DNA of 64,000 nt from positions 1 through 64,000 of IMG/VR virus record IMGVR_UViG_3300034072_002211; one strand, 5' to 3'. The translations under genes were made by a program, and so were the position numbers. The notes beneath the pieces are model-generated. The model ran no database searches and was not told the DNA's origin. It saw only the letters and a program-made list of their open reading frames with translations. Numbering within the stretch: the first letter of the stretch is position 1; the number at the start of each line of letters is the position of its first letter. Below, one piece after another: positions 45,277 to 54,229 of the stretch.

Positions 45277-46323
45277 TTAATCCTGACTGTACGCGGCCTG
45301 AAGCAGCGTCGCATAGTCGTTAGGGTTGCTGGCCAATCGGGGCAGATTCATTTCCTCGCAGAACTTGAGAAACCAAATACCCACGCCAGTCTTCTTCGGC
45401 TGCTGAACCGCTTCGAGGATCACAGAATCCATAAGAGCTTTGATCTCATCGGGTTGTGCCCGGAGGTCGATGAGCTCTTGGTTGCGCTTGTAGGCGTCCT
45501 GGACCTTGATCATGTTGCCTTCGTGATCTTCCCATTCATCCTGCATGAACAGAGTCCAGTCGTAACCGCGACCATGGCGGTCTTCGTAGGCTTCCTTGAT
45601 GCCGGGCTTCTTGGAAGAGCCGTTCTCACGGACACCAGGTTTGGCAGACATGATGTTGTCCGAGGAGTCACCGCGAATGATCTTCTTGAAGAGTTCATAC
45701 TCTGGATCAGGTGGGCTGATCTTTTCGGTGACCTTCTTCTTGACCTCGCGAATCTTGCCAGTCTTACCTTCAATCTTTTCGGTGACCGTGCGCTCCTTGG
45801 AAGCTGGCTTGCCGTTCTCATCCAGGATTTCATCCTTGGAAATTGTCCAGCCCTTGACGCCATCGTAGATCTTTACCTTGTCCGAGAGCAGCTGATAGAA
45901 ATCGCTGTCGCCGGAGAGGATCACATGGTTGTCATCGGGATGAAGGTCAATCCAGCGAGCAATGAAGTCATCTGCTTCACAGCCCACAGACTCGAGAATA
46001 GTCACGTTGGTGCGCTTCTTGAGGAACTCGATGAGATGCTTCATGGCATCAAAGTAGAGCTCATCTTCCTCACGCTCAGCCTTAGTCTTGAGAGCATCCT
46101 GAACGCGGCGGTGTGCCTTATAGTCTGGGTAGACTTCTTTACGCCAGGAACTCTTGTCTAGAGCAACCACAACGTGGCTGGCTCCAAACTTGCGCCACAT
46201 CATGCGAAGGCTGTTGAAGCAGATGTGGAGGGCCATACCGGCCTTGGTTGCTGCGTCGCCCATGGTGGCGTGCTTGCAGCGATGGAATAGGTTGCTTGCG
46301 TCTACGATCGCGTAGGTTGCCAT
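45277..46323 (-). CDS. rnh: RNase H / 5'-3' flap exonuclease (T4 rnh-like)
   Basis: IVDASN, ALDKSSWRKEVYPDYKAHR, EADDFI, ILSGDSDFYQL, IRGDSSDNI. Confidence 0.92.
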   Translation of the reverse strand: MATYAIVDASNLFHRCKHATMGDAATKAGMALHICFNSLRMMWRKFGASHVVVALDKSSWRKEVYPDYKAHRRVQDALKTKAEREEDELYFDAMKHLIEFLKKRTNVTILESVGCEADDFIARWIDLHPDDNHVILSGDSDFYQLLSDKVKIYDGVKGWTISKDEILDENGKPASKERTVTEKIEGKTGKIREVKKKVTEKISPPDPEYELFKKIIRGDSSDNIMSAKPGVRENGSSKKPGIKEAYEDRHGRGYDWTLFMQDEWEDHEGNMIKVQDAYKRNQELIDLRAQPDEIKALMDSVILEAVQQPKKTGVGIWFLKFCEEMNLPRLASNPNDYATLLQAAYSQD

Positions 46324-46328
46324 AAGGA

Positions 46329-46365
46329 AACTCCTGAGTGTCACCTAATGTAACACTCAGGAGTT
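46329..46365 (-). promoter_or_regulatory. 13-bp hairpin sequestering the rnh Shine-Dalgarno
   Basis: AACTCCTGAGTGT-N11-ACACTCAGGAGTT; 3' arm contains AGGAG, which lies 7 nt upstream of the ATG. Confidence 0.6.
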
Positions 46366-46381
46366 CAGGGAATCATTATTC

Positions 46382-47236
46382 TTAGCGGTATTCCGTCAGA
46401 CCGTCATCGCGCTTGAAACGATGGCTTCCGGCTAGTGGCATGGGATCTGCTGATCCATCATCAATGCCGCCCATCTCTTCAATGTCGAGCATCTGTCGCA
46501 TGGCTGATTCAAACCACTTGTCAACAATCTCGTCTGGGCTTCGACCTTCCCAACCTTTGCTCTCAAGGAACTGAACAAAGTATTCGTTCCAGTCTAGCTC
46601 AACTGCCATCTGAACATTTTCGCCCTGGATCCTCTGATCAGCGCCAACGACGTTGAACCAAGGCTCGCGCAGCAAGGTAGCAACTTCCTTGTCGTGCTGG
46701 TTCTCAGTGATATTGCCCCACTTGAGCTCCAACCCTAGCCTCTTGACCTGGTAATCAATGGACGTCTTGTCATCGAACTGTAGATCCAAGAGCTCGTGAT
46801 CGGCTTCCTCTTCGGTCTTCTTGCCGAACCTGACGTCTAATTTTAGTTTTTCGCGCCGATAAGCCTCAGTGTCCTTGACTTCAAAAGAGAGTTCAAAGAG
46901 CTTGTATTCCATCTCTTCGGCGGTGATTCGCCCGTAACGATTCAGATATTTGGCAATTTCACGTTCGCGTTCAGACTCGGTGAGCTTGATGTCGTTTTCC
47001 AGTAGGCCCAAACCGTAGTCGAACTCGCCAATCTTGTGGTAGCGATAGTCCAAGCGCAGCTTGTCAGTGCGATACTCCTTGGAGTCCTTGTCCTCATGGT
47101 CGATATCCAGAAGACGATAGGCAAGGTCTTCACCTTCCCAATAGTATTCGGCTTCGGCTACTGCCCTGCGGGTGCCCGTCAATCCCCAGTTGGCTGGCCA
47201 CCAGCCGAATGGAATAATGCGTTTGATCTTCGCCAT
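46382..47236 (-). CDS. Hypothetical protein with four internal ~33-aa helical repeats
   Basis: Repeats of D..Y...KL.L..+.G.I.E.E.D..L. Confidence 0.75.
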   Translation of the reverse strand: MAKIKRIIPFGWWPANWGLTGTRRAVAEAEYYWEGEDLAYRLLDIDHEDKDSKEYRTDKLRLDYRYHKIGEFDYGLGLLENDIKLTESEREREIAKYLNRYGRITAEEMEYKLFELSFEVKDTEAYRREKLKLDVRFGKKTEEEADHELLDLQFDDKTSIDYQVKRLGLELKWGNITENQHDKEVATLLREPWFNVVGADQRIQGENVQMAVELDWNEYFVQFLESKGWEGRSPDEIVDKWFESAMRQMLDIEEMGGIDDGSADPMPLAGSHRFKRDDGLTEYR

Positions 47237-47245
47237 ATTAACCTC

Positions 47246-47797
47246 TTACTTAACTGGAGTATTTACCCCAATCATGTTGAGGATCTGGGTTGTGCGATCA
47301 ACGTAAGGATCGTTGGTTACGCGGGTATATGCGACTTTGTGGCTGTCCAGCATATTCTGGATCAAGCAGTCGACCTCAACGGCTTCTTCTGCGGTCTGAT
47401 TGCGACCAGCGGCTTGATACGCAAAGTCCCGACCAATTAGGAAGTTGTGATTGTCGTAGCTGTTGAAGACTTCCATGGTGAAGTCATCGAACGTCTCAAA
47501 GTAGTCTGGGGTCTTGTAGATCAGACCAAGCAGGAGGGGAGAGTCGGTGATCACCCATTCAACCTGCCCCTTGAGGCGCTGAACCCTGCGATTCTGCTTG
47601 GCCAAAATGTAGAGCTGATCACTCAGCACATTGGTGCGCTTTTCCCACGTCATATCCTTGGCATACTCGGTGACGAGTTCTACCTCAATTTGACGCTTCT
47701 TCATTTCAAAGAAGAGACCAGCGGCAGTTGTGGACTTGCCCGCTCCTGGACCTCCGAAAACGTTCAGAACTTTTAGTTTTCCGTGTTCTTTGACCAT
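47246..47797 (-). CDS. P-loop NTPase / nucleotide kinase-like (AAA_28/NadR-type)
   Basis: GGPGAGKSTTA, VTEYAKD, ITDSPLLL, GRNQ. Confidence 0.8.
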   Translation of the reverse strand: MVKEHGKLKVLNVFGGPGAGKSTTAAGLFFEMKKRQIEVELVTEYAKDMTWEKRTNVLSDQLYILAKQNRRVQRLKGQVEWVITDSPLLLGLIYKTPDYFETFDDFTMEVFNSYDNHNFLIGRDFAYQAAGRNQTAEEAVEVDCLIQNMLDSHKVAYTRVTNDPYVDRTTQILNMIGVNTPVK

Positions 47798-48393
47798 CGT
47801 TTCCTCAATGTTTCCGAGGCTATCTCTGAACGCCTCTGTCTTTGCTGTTCATTGAGTAGTTTTCCTGGTGACCATTCCGGTCCTGGAGATTCTACCGATC
47901 TTTTGTTGATGGAACCATCATTCCAGAAGGTTCCTAGTTTAGTCCCAATCTTAGGTCCAGTGCCAGACACGTTGCGTCCTCGATACCAACCCTCTCCAGG
48001 ACAATTCGTTGACTTTGTATCCTTATCACCATTAGTCCACCATACTTTACCACGATGGGCTAGGCCCCCTTTTCTACTGTGGACTGCTTTTTCTTCTGGT
48101 GAGAAGGCATGAAAGCCTTTCTTATCCTTAAAGGCTTGCTTACCAGCTAGAGAATCCAGACGCTTCTGTTCCTCTGATGAGATCCTTATTCTTCTAGCCA
48201 CCGCGGCAGCGGCTTGGTGATCACCCTGCTTCAAATGGATTTCGAAGTGCTCACGAATGGAGACACACTTCAGATTCTCTAACCGATTATCTGAGTGGTC
48301 TCCATTGATGTGATGAATCTCGTAAGACCGTCCTTCCTCATCTTTAGGAATAGGACCATTGGCTTCTCGCCAAATCTTACGGTAACACTTCAT
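47773..48393 (-). CDS. HNH homing endonuclease with C-terminal NUMOD-like repeats
   Basis: YRKIW...YEIHHINGDHSDNRLENL...EH...H; repeats WWTNG...PGEGWYRGR / FWNDG...PGPEWSPGK; AT-richer than flanks; start reassigned to MKCY. Confidence 0.85.
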   Translation of the reverse strand: MKCYRKIWREANGPIPKDEEGRSYEIHHINGDHSDNRLENLKCVSIREHFEIHLKQGDHQAAAAVARRIRISSEEQKRLDSLAGKQAFKDKKGFHAFSPEEKAVHSRKGGLAHRGKVWWTNGDKDTKSTNCPGEGWYRGRNVSGTGPKIGTKLGTFWNDGSINKRSVESPGPEWSPGKLLNEQQRQRRSEIASETLRKRWSKNTEN

Positions 48394-48394
48394 C

Positions 48395-49270
48395 TTACTT
48401 GCCGATGACGTTCCCAAAGACCCAAGTATGAACTCGGGCACTGACGGAATAGCCACGCTCAACTGCCTGCTCCGCGATGCGAGCCTGGTGACTCTCCTGC
48501 ATTTCACGGTCAGCACCAACTGGCATGATCCAAACGTCCCAGTCGATGCCTGCTTCACGGTAAGCCTCAGTCGCGCGAGCAACTTCGTCCCAAGCACGAT
48601 CGGTGCCGTTGCTGACGAACTTCAGCTGACCAGTCGGGCTGATTGCCTTGTAGTGAGCCAACACCTCAGGCTTGATTGCGTTTGCCCACATCTCACCAGA
48701 CAAGTAGAGCTTAGGAGAAACGGACCAGAACAGTTCACCATCATGGTTGGCAAACAGGTTCTCAAAAGCCGGACGTGGCTTCTGAGTGCCGTTGGTTTCA
48801 ATGGTCACGAACTTTGGCGTGTTGCCACGCGCTGCGAAGTTCTCCATAACATCCACGATGGCAGTCTGGCTCATCATTGGCTCACCGCCAGTGAATGCCA
48901 TGTGGTGCCACTGCTTGGACTGCGGATGAAGGAACTTACCATGAGGCAGAACAGCCTCAATCTTCTCGCAAATCTCGGCAGCGGTGCTCTGATGTGCGAG
49001 GTGCGAGAACTTCTTTGCCCAGCTGTAGCTGGAGTCACAACCACGATGGAAGACCGGCAAAGCTTCCATACTCTTGTATTCCGAAGGATCAATCTTCAGA
49101 TAGTCCAGATCGTAGGTCTCGGGCTTGTCTGGCTGCTCCTGGCCGAAACCAGCGCACTCAAAGTTACAACCCCAGACGCGCAACCATGCGGTTGGCCGAC
49201 CGGTGTACTGGCCTTCACCCTGAAAGGTCTGTCCGAAGATCTCGGAATAGCGGTATTTCTTCTCTGTCAT
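48395..49270 (-). CDS. queE: 7-carboxy-7-deazaguanine synthase (radical SAM)
   Basis: YSEIFGQTFQGEG...WLRVWGCNFECAGF...CDSSYSW, FTGGEP, IETNGT, SVSPK, SARVH. Confidence 0.9.
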   Translation of the reverse strand: MTEKKYRYSEIFGQTFQGEGQYTGRPTAWLRVWGCNFECAGFGQEQPDKPETYDLDYLKIDPSEYKSMEALPVFHRGCDSSYSWAKKFSHLAHQSTAAEICEKIEAVLPHGKFLHPQSKQWHHMAFTGGEPMMSQTAIVDVMENFAARGNTPKFVTIETNGTQKPRPAFENLFANHDGELFWSVSPKLYLSGEMWANAIKPEVLAHYKAISPTGQLKFVSNGTDRAWDEVARATEAYREAGIDWDVWIMPVGADREMQESHQARIAEQAVERGYSVSARVHTWVFGNVIGK

Positions 49271-49271
49271 T

Positions 49272-49766
49272 TTACAGTCCCTCAAACAGACCAGAACTTA
49301 CAAAGCTATAAGTTTGATCTTTCTTGGTGATCCATGTAGTCGCAACTGGAGCAGGCTTAGCGGCTTCACGTATCATCACTTCAATTGCTTTGGCCGGCGT
49401 GCAGTTAAACCATTCGCCGTGTCCCGTCTGCTTAGTGGTATCATGTCGCGAAACATACCCTTCTTTTCGAAGAGCAGAATGAACCCTGGCTTCTAGCTCT
49501 AAAGCTTCACGTTTGGCCGGCGAATCAGTCTTCGGCTGATATCCTTCACCAAGATCTTTTTCAAACCTGTGCGTGTATGAAAAGTCTAGTTTGCGAATAT
49601 TGCCCTGTTGAAGAGCCCTTCTGCGCTGATGGTATGGGTCTGCGTGGCAGCTTTCTGCCATTACACCAACCTTGCACCAGTTAGTAGCAGTCGGGAATCC
49701 TTCTTCCTCTACTTCATGTGCCACGTAAACATAAGCCACTCTTGGATCAGTTTGCGACTTAGCCAT
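49272..49766 (-). CDS. GIY-YIG-like (T5orf172/MUG113) nuclease
   Basis: AYVYV, CKVGV, LQQGN, LEARVH, GEWF. Confidence 0.7.
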   Translation of the reverse strand: MAKSQTDPRVAYVYVAHEVEEEGFPTATNWCKVGVMAESCHADPYHQRRRALQQGNIRKLDFSYTHRFEKDLGEGYQPKTDSPAKREALELEARVHSALRKEGYVSRHDTTKQTGHGEWFNCTPAKAIEVMIREAAKPAPVATTWITKKDQTYSFVSSGLFEGL

Positions 49767-50269
49767 TATGCTTTCCACCACTCCTCGTAGGGAAAGATCA
49801 CCCAACGCTCGTCTTCCGCGCGGGAGATCTCTCGACCCACATAATCTGCTTCAAAAACGTCTTGGCTGATGTTGTTCCACAACACCGCAACCTTCAGACG
49901 GGCTTCCCAACCCTGGTATGGATCGTTCCAACCCTTGGGCATCTGAGAAGTAATCTCATCCACCACTTTACGCAGGGTCTCTCCAGAATCGCAAATATCA
50001 TCAACCAGAAGGATCGAATTTCCTTCCTTGATCTTGCGCGCAGCGTCACTGATCTCTGAGACATGACTGACCATGTTGTCCCGGAGGCTGTAGTTGATAG
50101 TCTGGAGTGGCTTGCCTAGGTAATGGCTCAGCATGGTCGCCGGAACCAGTCCACCGCGCGCGATGCCAACAACCACGTCGGGCTTGAAATCGTCCTTGCC
50201 CATCTGACGGATGATCTCCTGGAGATCGCCCCGCATCTGGTCGTTGGTGTAGATGATCTTCTCAGGCAT
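49766..50269 (-). CDS. Purine phosphoribosyltransferase (Gpt-like)
   Basis: VVGIARGGLVPA, PRPP motif ILLVDDICDSGETL, WVIFPYE. Confidence 0.9.
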   Translation of the reverse strand: MPEKIIYTNDQMRGDLQEIIRQMGKDDFKPDVVVGIARGGLVPATMLSHYLGKPLQTINYSLRDNMVSHVSEISDAARKIKEGNSILLVDDICDSGETLRKVVDEITSQMPKGWNDPYQGWEARLKVAVLWNNISQDVFEADYVGREISRAEDERWVIFPYEEWWKA

Positions 50270-50945
50270 TCTTGATCTCCGAGAGGGTTGGGGCAGCGAG
50301 GGTGATGTTGCTACCCAGCGGGATTACAGTGGCATTGCCAGTTGTTGCTGGACCAACAGTCACCGTGAGGCGGTCTAGCGTCTTCTGGAAAAGGTCTGCG
50401 CGGACCATTGCGTCAAAGTGCTTGGTGGACTTGTCAGCGAACATCTGACGCGAATAACCAGTCCAGTCCGACTGAAGAGCATTGTACTTGGAGTCAATGG
50501 TCCTCAGTTCCTTGACATAATCCTCCCAAAGCTTGCGAGATGCCATGACATCATCGGCGTGGAAGATCGCGGTCTGGTTATACTTCTCAGAAGTCAGGAT
50601 GTAGATGCAACCTGCCTTGGGTGGAACACCATTATACATGGGCTTGTCACCCTTGGTGCTCTTGGCCTCTAGATCCTGGTAAGTGCCATCGCTGAAACGA
50701 ACGAGAAAGTCTGGATTGCCATTGGAACCAGCAGGCTGGCACACGAAATGACCAGCTGGAAGAGCAGCACGGACATTCTTATAGCCCGTGATCATACCCT
50801 TGTTGAACTCCTTGAAACCATACTGGATCAGAAGCTTGCGGATGGATTCCTCATGCTGTGAACCAGAATAGCTTCCCTGGGAGTAGGAAAGGTTCTGGAA
50901 TGCATCAGTGAGGAAGGCAATGAAAGTAGCAACATTTGCGTTCAC
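50262..50945 (-). CDS. Putative PD-(D/E)xK restriction endonuclease
   Basis: QPAGSNGNPDFLV...DLEAKS; GTGA-coupled to upstream MTase. Confidence 0.6.
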   Translation of the reverse strand: MNANVATFIAFLTDAFQNLSYSQGSYSGSQHEESIRKLLIQYGFKEFNKGMITGYKNVRAALPAGHFVCQPAGSNGNPDFLVRFSDGTYQDLEAKSTKGDKPMYNGVPPKAGCIYILTSEKYNQTAIFHADDVMASRKLWEDYVKELRTIDSKYNALQSDWTGYSRQMFADKSTKHFDAMVRADLFQKTLDRLTVTVGPATTGNATVIPLGSNITLAAPTLSEIKNA

Positions 50946-51799
50946 TTGTTGTATTCCTGTATTACGTCGGCTTTCCCAAATCCTGGGATGCCACTGTTTT
51001 TCTTGGAGAGCTCAACAAAGTCCAACTTGTTGAGCTTCTCGAGGGCTGCTGGAGTCTTGGCTTTGAAGAAGATCCATTGCTTCTTCCGGTCACAGTCTTC
51101 CTTTTTGTAAACCTTCACCGAATAGTCGTAGAAGCCCTGACGAGGGACAGCGAAGTCCCAGTCGTAATCAAAGAACTTCTCCGCTTCCTTGGTGCGGTTG
51201 TACTGCCACATCTCAAACTCAGGGTGGCTCGTAGGTGGTGCTTTGGACAAGCGCAGATCCTTGGACTGAGGATGCTGAGTTGACCAAACCTGAAACGAGC
51301 ACCTGAGTGCGTATGGCTTTCCGTTGAAGCTGAATGCTTCTTCAGGGAGGTCCTTGTCCATGATCAGGCTTGCGCCCTTGATGATCTTGGACTGAGCAGA
51401 CCATTTGCGGAACTGAATGGGGAGCACGAAACCAACAGTGCCGCAGAGTTCTAGGCACTTGTTGATGAACTGGATTGCGAGCACGCCTTTCTTGCCGAAA
51501 GGTGGATTGCCCACAAAGACAGCATCCTCGATATCAATGTGATCGCGAATGTCGTCAGCCAGAAAGTCCAGCTGGATGATTCCGGTATCCTCGGGAAGGA
51601 TATCAAAGCCCGTGATCGTGCGACCCACGGCTTGTGCAGCGCGGATAAAGGATCCGCCGCCTGCGCTTGGCTCAATGAGCGAAGCTGTCTCGGACACCAG
51701 CGGGAGGAAGTCTCCCAGACAGGTGGAAGCGACTTCGTCCCTTGTATAGTATTTGTCTAGGTCCTTGGCGGTCTTCGCCGCCTTGGGGGACTTGGTCAT
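50942..51799 (-). CDS. N6-adenine (amino) DNA methyltransferase
   Basis: DKYYT, motif I IEPSAGGGSF, FDI, LDFL, motif IV GNPPFG, FVLP. Confidence 0.88.
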   Translation of the reverse strand: MTKSPKAAKTAKDLDKYYTRDEVASTCLGDFLPLVSETASLIEPSAGGGSFIRAAQAVGRTITGFDILPEDTGIIQLDFLADDIRDHIDIEDAVFVGNPPFGKKGVLAIQFINKCLELCGTVGFVLPIQFRKWSAQSKIIKGASLIMDKDLPEEAFSFNGKPYALRCSFQVWSTQHPQSKDLRLSKAPPTSHPEFEMWQYNRTKEAEKFFDYDWDFAVPRQGFYDYSVKVYKKEDCDRKKQWIFFKAKTPAALEKLNKLDFVELSKKNSGIPGFGKADVIQEYNK

Positions 51800-51902
51800 T
51801 TCTCACCAGTTTGTTCTTATAGGGTGAAAGAGTCCCGCAGCCTTGAGGCTGTCTTGATTTCACCCAGTTATTGGAGCGTTTGCTCAGTACCCAGTTATAA
51901 CA

Positions 51903-52220
51903 CTAGGTTCGATGCCACCTCAATTTCATTTCGACCTCTCCCTTAGGATCGGTGAAATGAATGAGAGTGTAGCTGGTGTCCTCACATACAGTCACGCTTG
52001 GTTTCCAGCTACACTCTCGAGCCCACCTTTCAGCAGGTGGGAAGTCGTATAGAATGAACCATCCCTGGCCTAAATGTCCACAAGCAGAGTTGCTGTGGTT
52101 CCATTCAGCATGTTTGTTCCGAAACTCGTGAACGGCTTCGTGAAGCCCCTCAGGAACATCGGCCTTATCCAGGCTGATGATCATCTGAACGTAGGGATAG
52201 TCCATACTATCGGCGAGCAA
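51903..52220 (-). CDS. Hypothetical protein, FxxxxDAxxFKL family (start may be 52205)
   Basis: ERWARECSWK...IHFTDPKGEVEMKLRW; ends TAG. Confidence 0.55.
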   Translation of the reverse strand: MLADSMDYPYVQMIISLDKADVPEGLHEAVHEFRNKHAEWNHSNSACGHLGQGWFILYDFPPAERWARECSWKPSVTVCEDTSYTLIHFTDPKGEVEMKLRWHRT

Positions 52221-52221
52221 C

Positions 52222-52956
52222 TTAGGAGTGGCCCTTCATGCTCAGCATGAGCTTGTAGAACTCTTCCTTGAGGTGCGGCTCATCGCGGAACTTGCCGCGC
52301 ATGATGGCCGTTGTCATGTCGGACTCATGTTCACGCACGCCACGATGGGTCATGCAGTGGTGCTCGGCCTTCAGGACAACTGCGACGTTCTCGGTCTCCG
52401 CGTAGCGGACCAGTTCGTCAGCAATCTGAGTGGTCATCTCTTCCTGAATCTGCGGACGCTCCGCAATCCAGTGGACCAGGCGGTTGAACTTCGAGAGGCC
52501 AATGACCTTGTCCTCTGGGAAGATGCCAACCCAGCAGCGACCAACGATGTTCTGGAAGTGGTGCGCGCAGGTCGAACGGATCGAGATCGGACCAGCGGTG
52601 TAAAGATCCTGGTATCCCACGTTGGGGAACGAGGTGATCTTTGGTGCGCCAACATAGCGGCCGCCGTAGGTCTCGTTTACATACATCTTGGCGACTCGAC
52701 GAGCGGTGCCATTGGTATTGTGGTCATGCTCGGTGTCAATGACTAGACTGCGGAGAACCGCTTCCATCTTCTCAGTGACTTCGTCGACTAGAGCGGCGCG
52801 CTCTTCCTCGGTGATGAACTTCGAGATGTTGTCATTGCAGTGAAACTTCTGGCCGGCTTCAATGAGGCGCGCGCGGATCTTCTCAGAAACGGGAACCTCT
52901 TGCCCATGGGCGCAATCGTTCGAACCGCAACCCGTGGTAAGTTTGGTATCGGACAT
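52222..52956 (-). CDS. folE: GTP cyclohydrolase I
   Basis: TARRVAKMY, STCAHHF, GLSKFNRLV, PQIQEEMT, AEHHCMTHRGV. Confidence 0.96.
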   Translation of the reverse strand: MSDTKLTTGCGSNDCAHGQEVPVSEKIRARLIEAGQKFHCNDNISKFITEEERAALVDEVTEKMEAVLRSLVIDTEHDHNTNGTARRVAKMYVNETYGGRYVGAPKITSFPNVGYQDLYTAGPISIRSTCAHHFQNIVGRCWVGIFPEDKVIGLSKFNRLVHWIAERPQIQEEMTTQIADELVRYAETENVAVVLKAEHHCMTHRGVREHESDMTTAIMRGKFRDEPHLKEEFYKLMLSMKGHS

Positions 52957-53028
52957 TATCTGTCTCTCCTTATTGTTGTGCTACACTCTACTTAGAACTG
53001 GTGAGAGTGTCAATTATTGGGTGTTAAT

Positions 53029-53430
53029 TCAAATCGCACTCAATTTGAACATCACCGCGTGCTCCTTGACAAAGCGCGCATAGTCGGTATGGTCTTCAAA
53101 GAAGACGGTGATCTGGCCTCGTGCCGAATCACAATCTACCCGGAAGTCGTCACGATCCTTATAGGCTCGATGACCGTCCAGGAAGAACTGCTCATGCTTC
53201 TGAAAGGCGTAAAGACCCACATTATTGCCATCTAGGTCCCGACGGATATCTTTCATGAACTTGTCGAACATGATGCCCTTTTCCATGTCTACCATCTGCC
53301 TAGGAAAGGCGACGATAGCTTCAATGGTGACACGATTCCGCATCATTTCAACAAAGAGCTCACGGCAGTTCTGAACTGAGTCCCAGGTGATTTCCTTGCT
53401 CAGACTGACTTTGGTAATCTGAAGGTCCAT
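53029..53430 (-). CDS. Hypothetical protein, tandem triplet member 3 (FKL family)
   Basis: VFFEDHTDYARFVKEHAVMFKLS. Confidence 0.7.
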   Translation of the reverse strand: MDLQITKVSLSKEITWDSVQNCRELFVEMMRNRVTIEAIVAFPRQMVDMEKGIMFDKFMKDIRRDLDGNNVGLYAFQKHEQFFLDGHRAYKDRDDFRVDCDSARGQITVFFEDHTDYARFVKEHAVMFKLSAI

Positions 53431-53825
53431 TAGTAGGTCAACCTCACAATGGTGCCATGGTCCTTAAGGAACAACTCCAGTTCGTCTTCCTTCTCGAACA
53501 TCAGATCAAGCTCAAGCGACCGTGTCATACCATCGATATTGCGATTGCTGATCTTCCAGGTCCAATGTCCGGTGAGCTTGCTATCGCAGAACTCCTTGAC
53601 TCGTTCCCTGATCTGTCGGAATTCATCCGACTTGGATTCACGAGGAATGGTGAACCTCAACTCCACGCGATTGCGGAAGAAGGCCATGCCTAGATCCTTC
53701 ATTTCCTTACGAAGGCTGATACTCCGCTCCCATTCGGGCATGTGGTCTTCGCGCTTGATGTCAAAGACGATATCGCGGTCGATGAAACGACTGCGACGAA
53801 CATGGGTACAGACTAGATCACTCAT
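53430..53825 (-). CDS. Hypothetical protein, tandem triplet member 2
   Basis: EFCDSKLTGHW...LMFEKEDELELFLKDHGTIVRLTY. Confidence 0.7.
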   Translation of the reverse strand: MSDLVCTHVRRSRFIDRDIVFDIKREDHMPEWERSISLRKEMKDLGMAFFRNRVELRFTIPRESKSDEFRQIRERVKEFCDSKLTGHWTWKISNRNIDGMTRSLELDLMFEKEDELELFLKDHGTIVRLTY

Positions 53826-54229
53826 CAGTAGCTCAACTTCATTAGAATGGCACAGTCTTTGATGAAGCGCATGAGATCCTCCTCAAGCTCAAACATCAGG
53901 TGGACCTCAATGGACACTTCAGTGGCATTCTGATCCAGGTCTTCCTCATTGTCCCTGATGGACCAGAGGCCGGAACAATTGATATCACACCATTCTTCCA
54001 TACGGTCGAACATCTTGGTGTAGTCATCTGTGATCTCGTCAACGTCTCGGCCACCACTGGTGACTTGAGCCATATCCAACGTGATCATGAACTTGTTCCG
54101 AGTGAAGGCCTGGAAGAGGGAGGACCACTGGGCCCTCACCTCTGCCTTTGGATCTCTTCCAAGGAACAAATCCTCGTAGCGGACAAACCTGCTACGGCGC
54201 ATTGTTCCAATTGAGATCTTAGCCTGCAT
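53825..54229 (-). CDS. Hypothetical protein, tandem triplet member 1
   Basis: EEWCDINCSGLW...LMFELEEDLMRFIKDCAILMKLSY; start approximate. Confidence 0.65.
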   Translation of the reverse strand: MQAKISIGTMRRSRFVRYEDLFLGRDPKAEVRAQWSSLFQAFTRNKFMITLDMAQVTSGGRDVDEITDDYTKMFDRMEEWCDINCSGLWSIRDNEEDLDQNATEVSIEVHLMFELEEDLMRFIKDCAILMKLSY

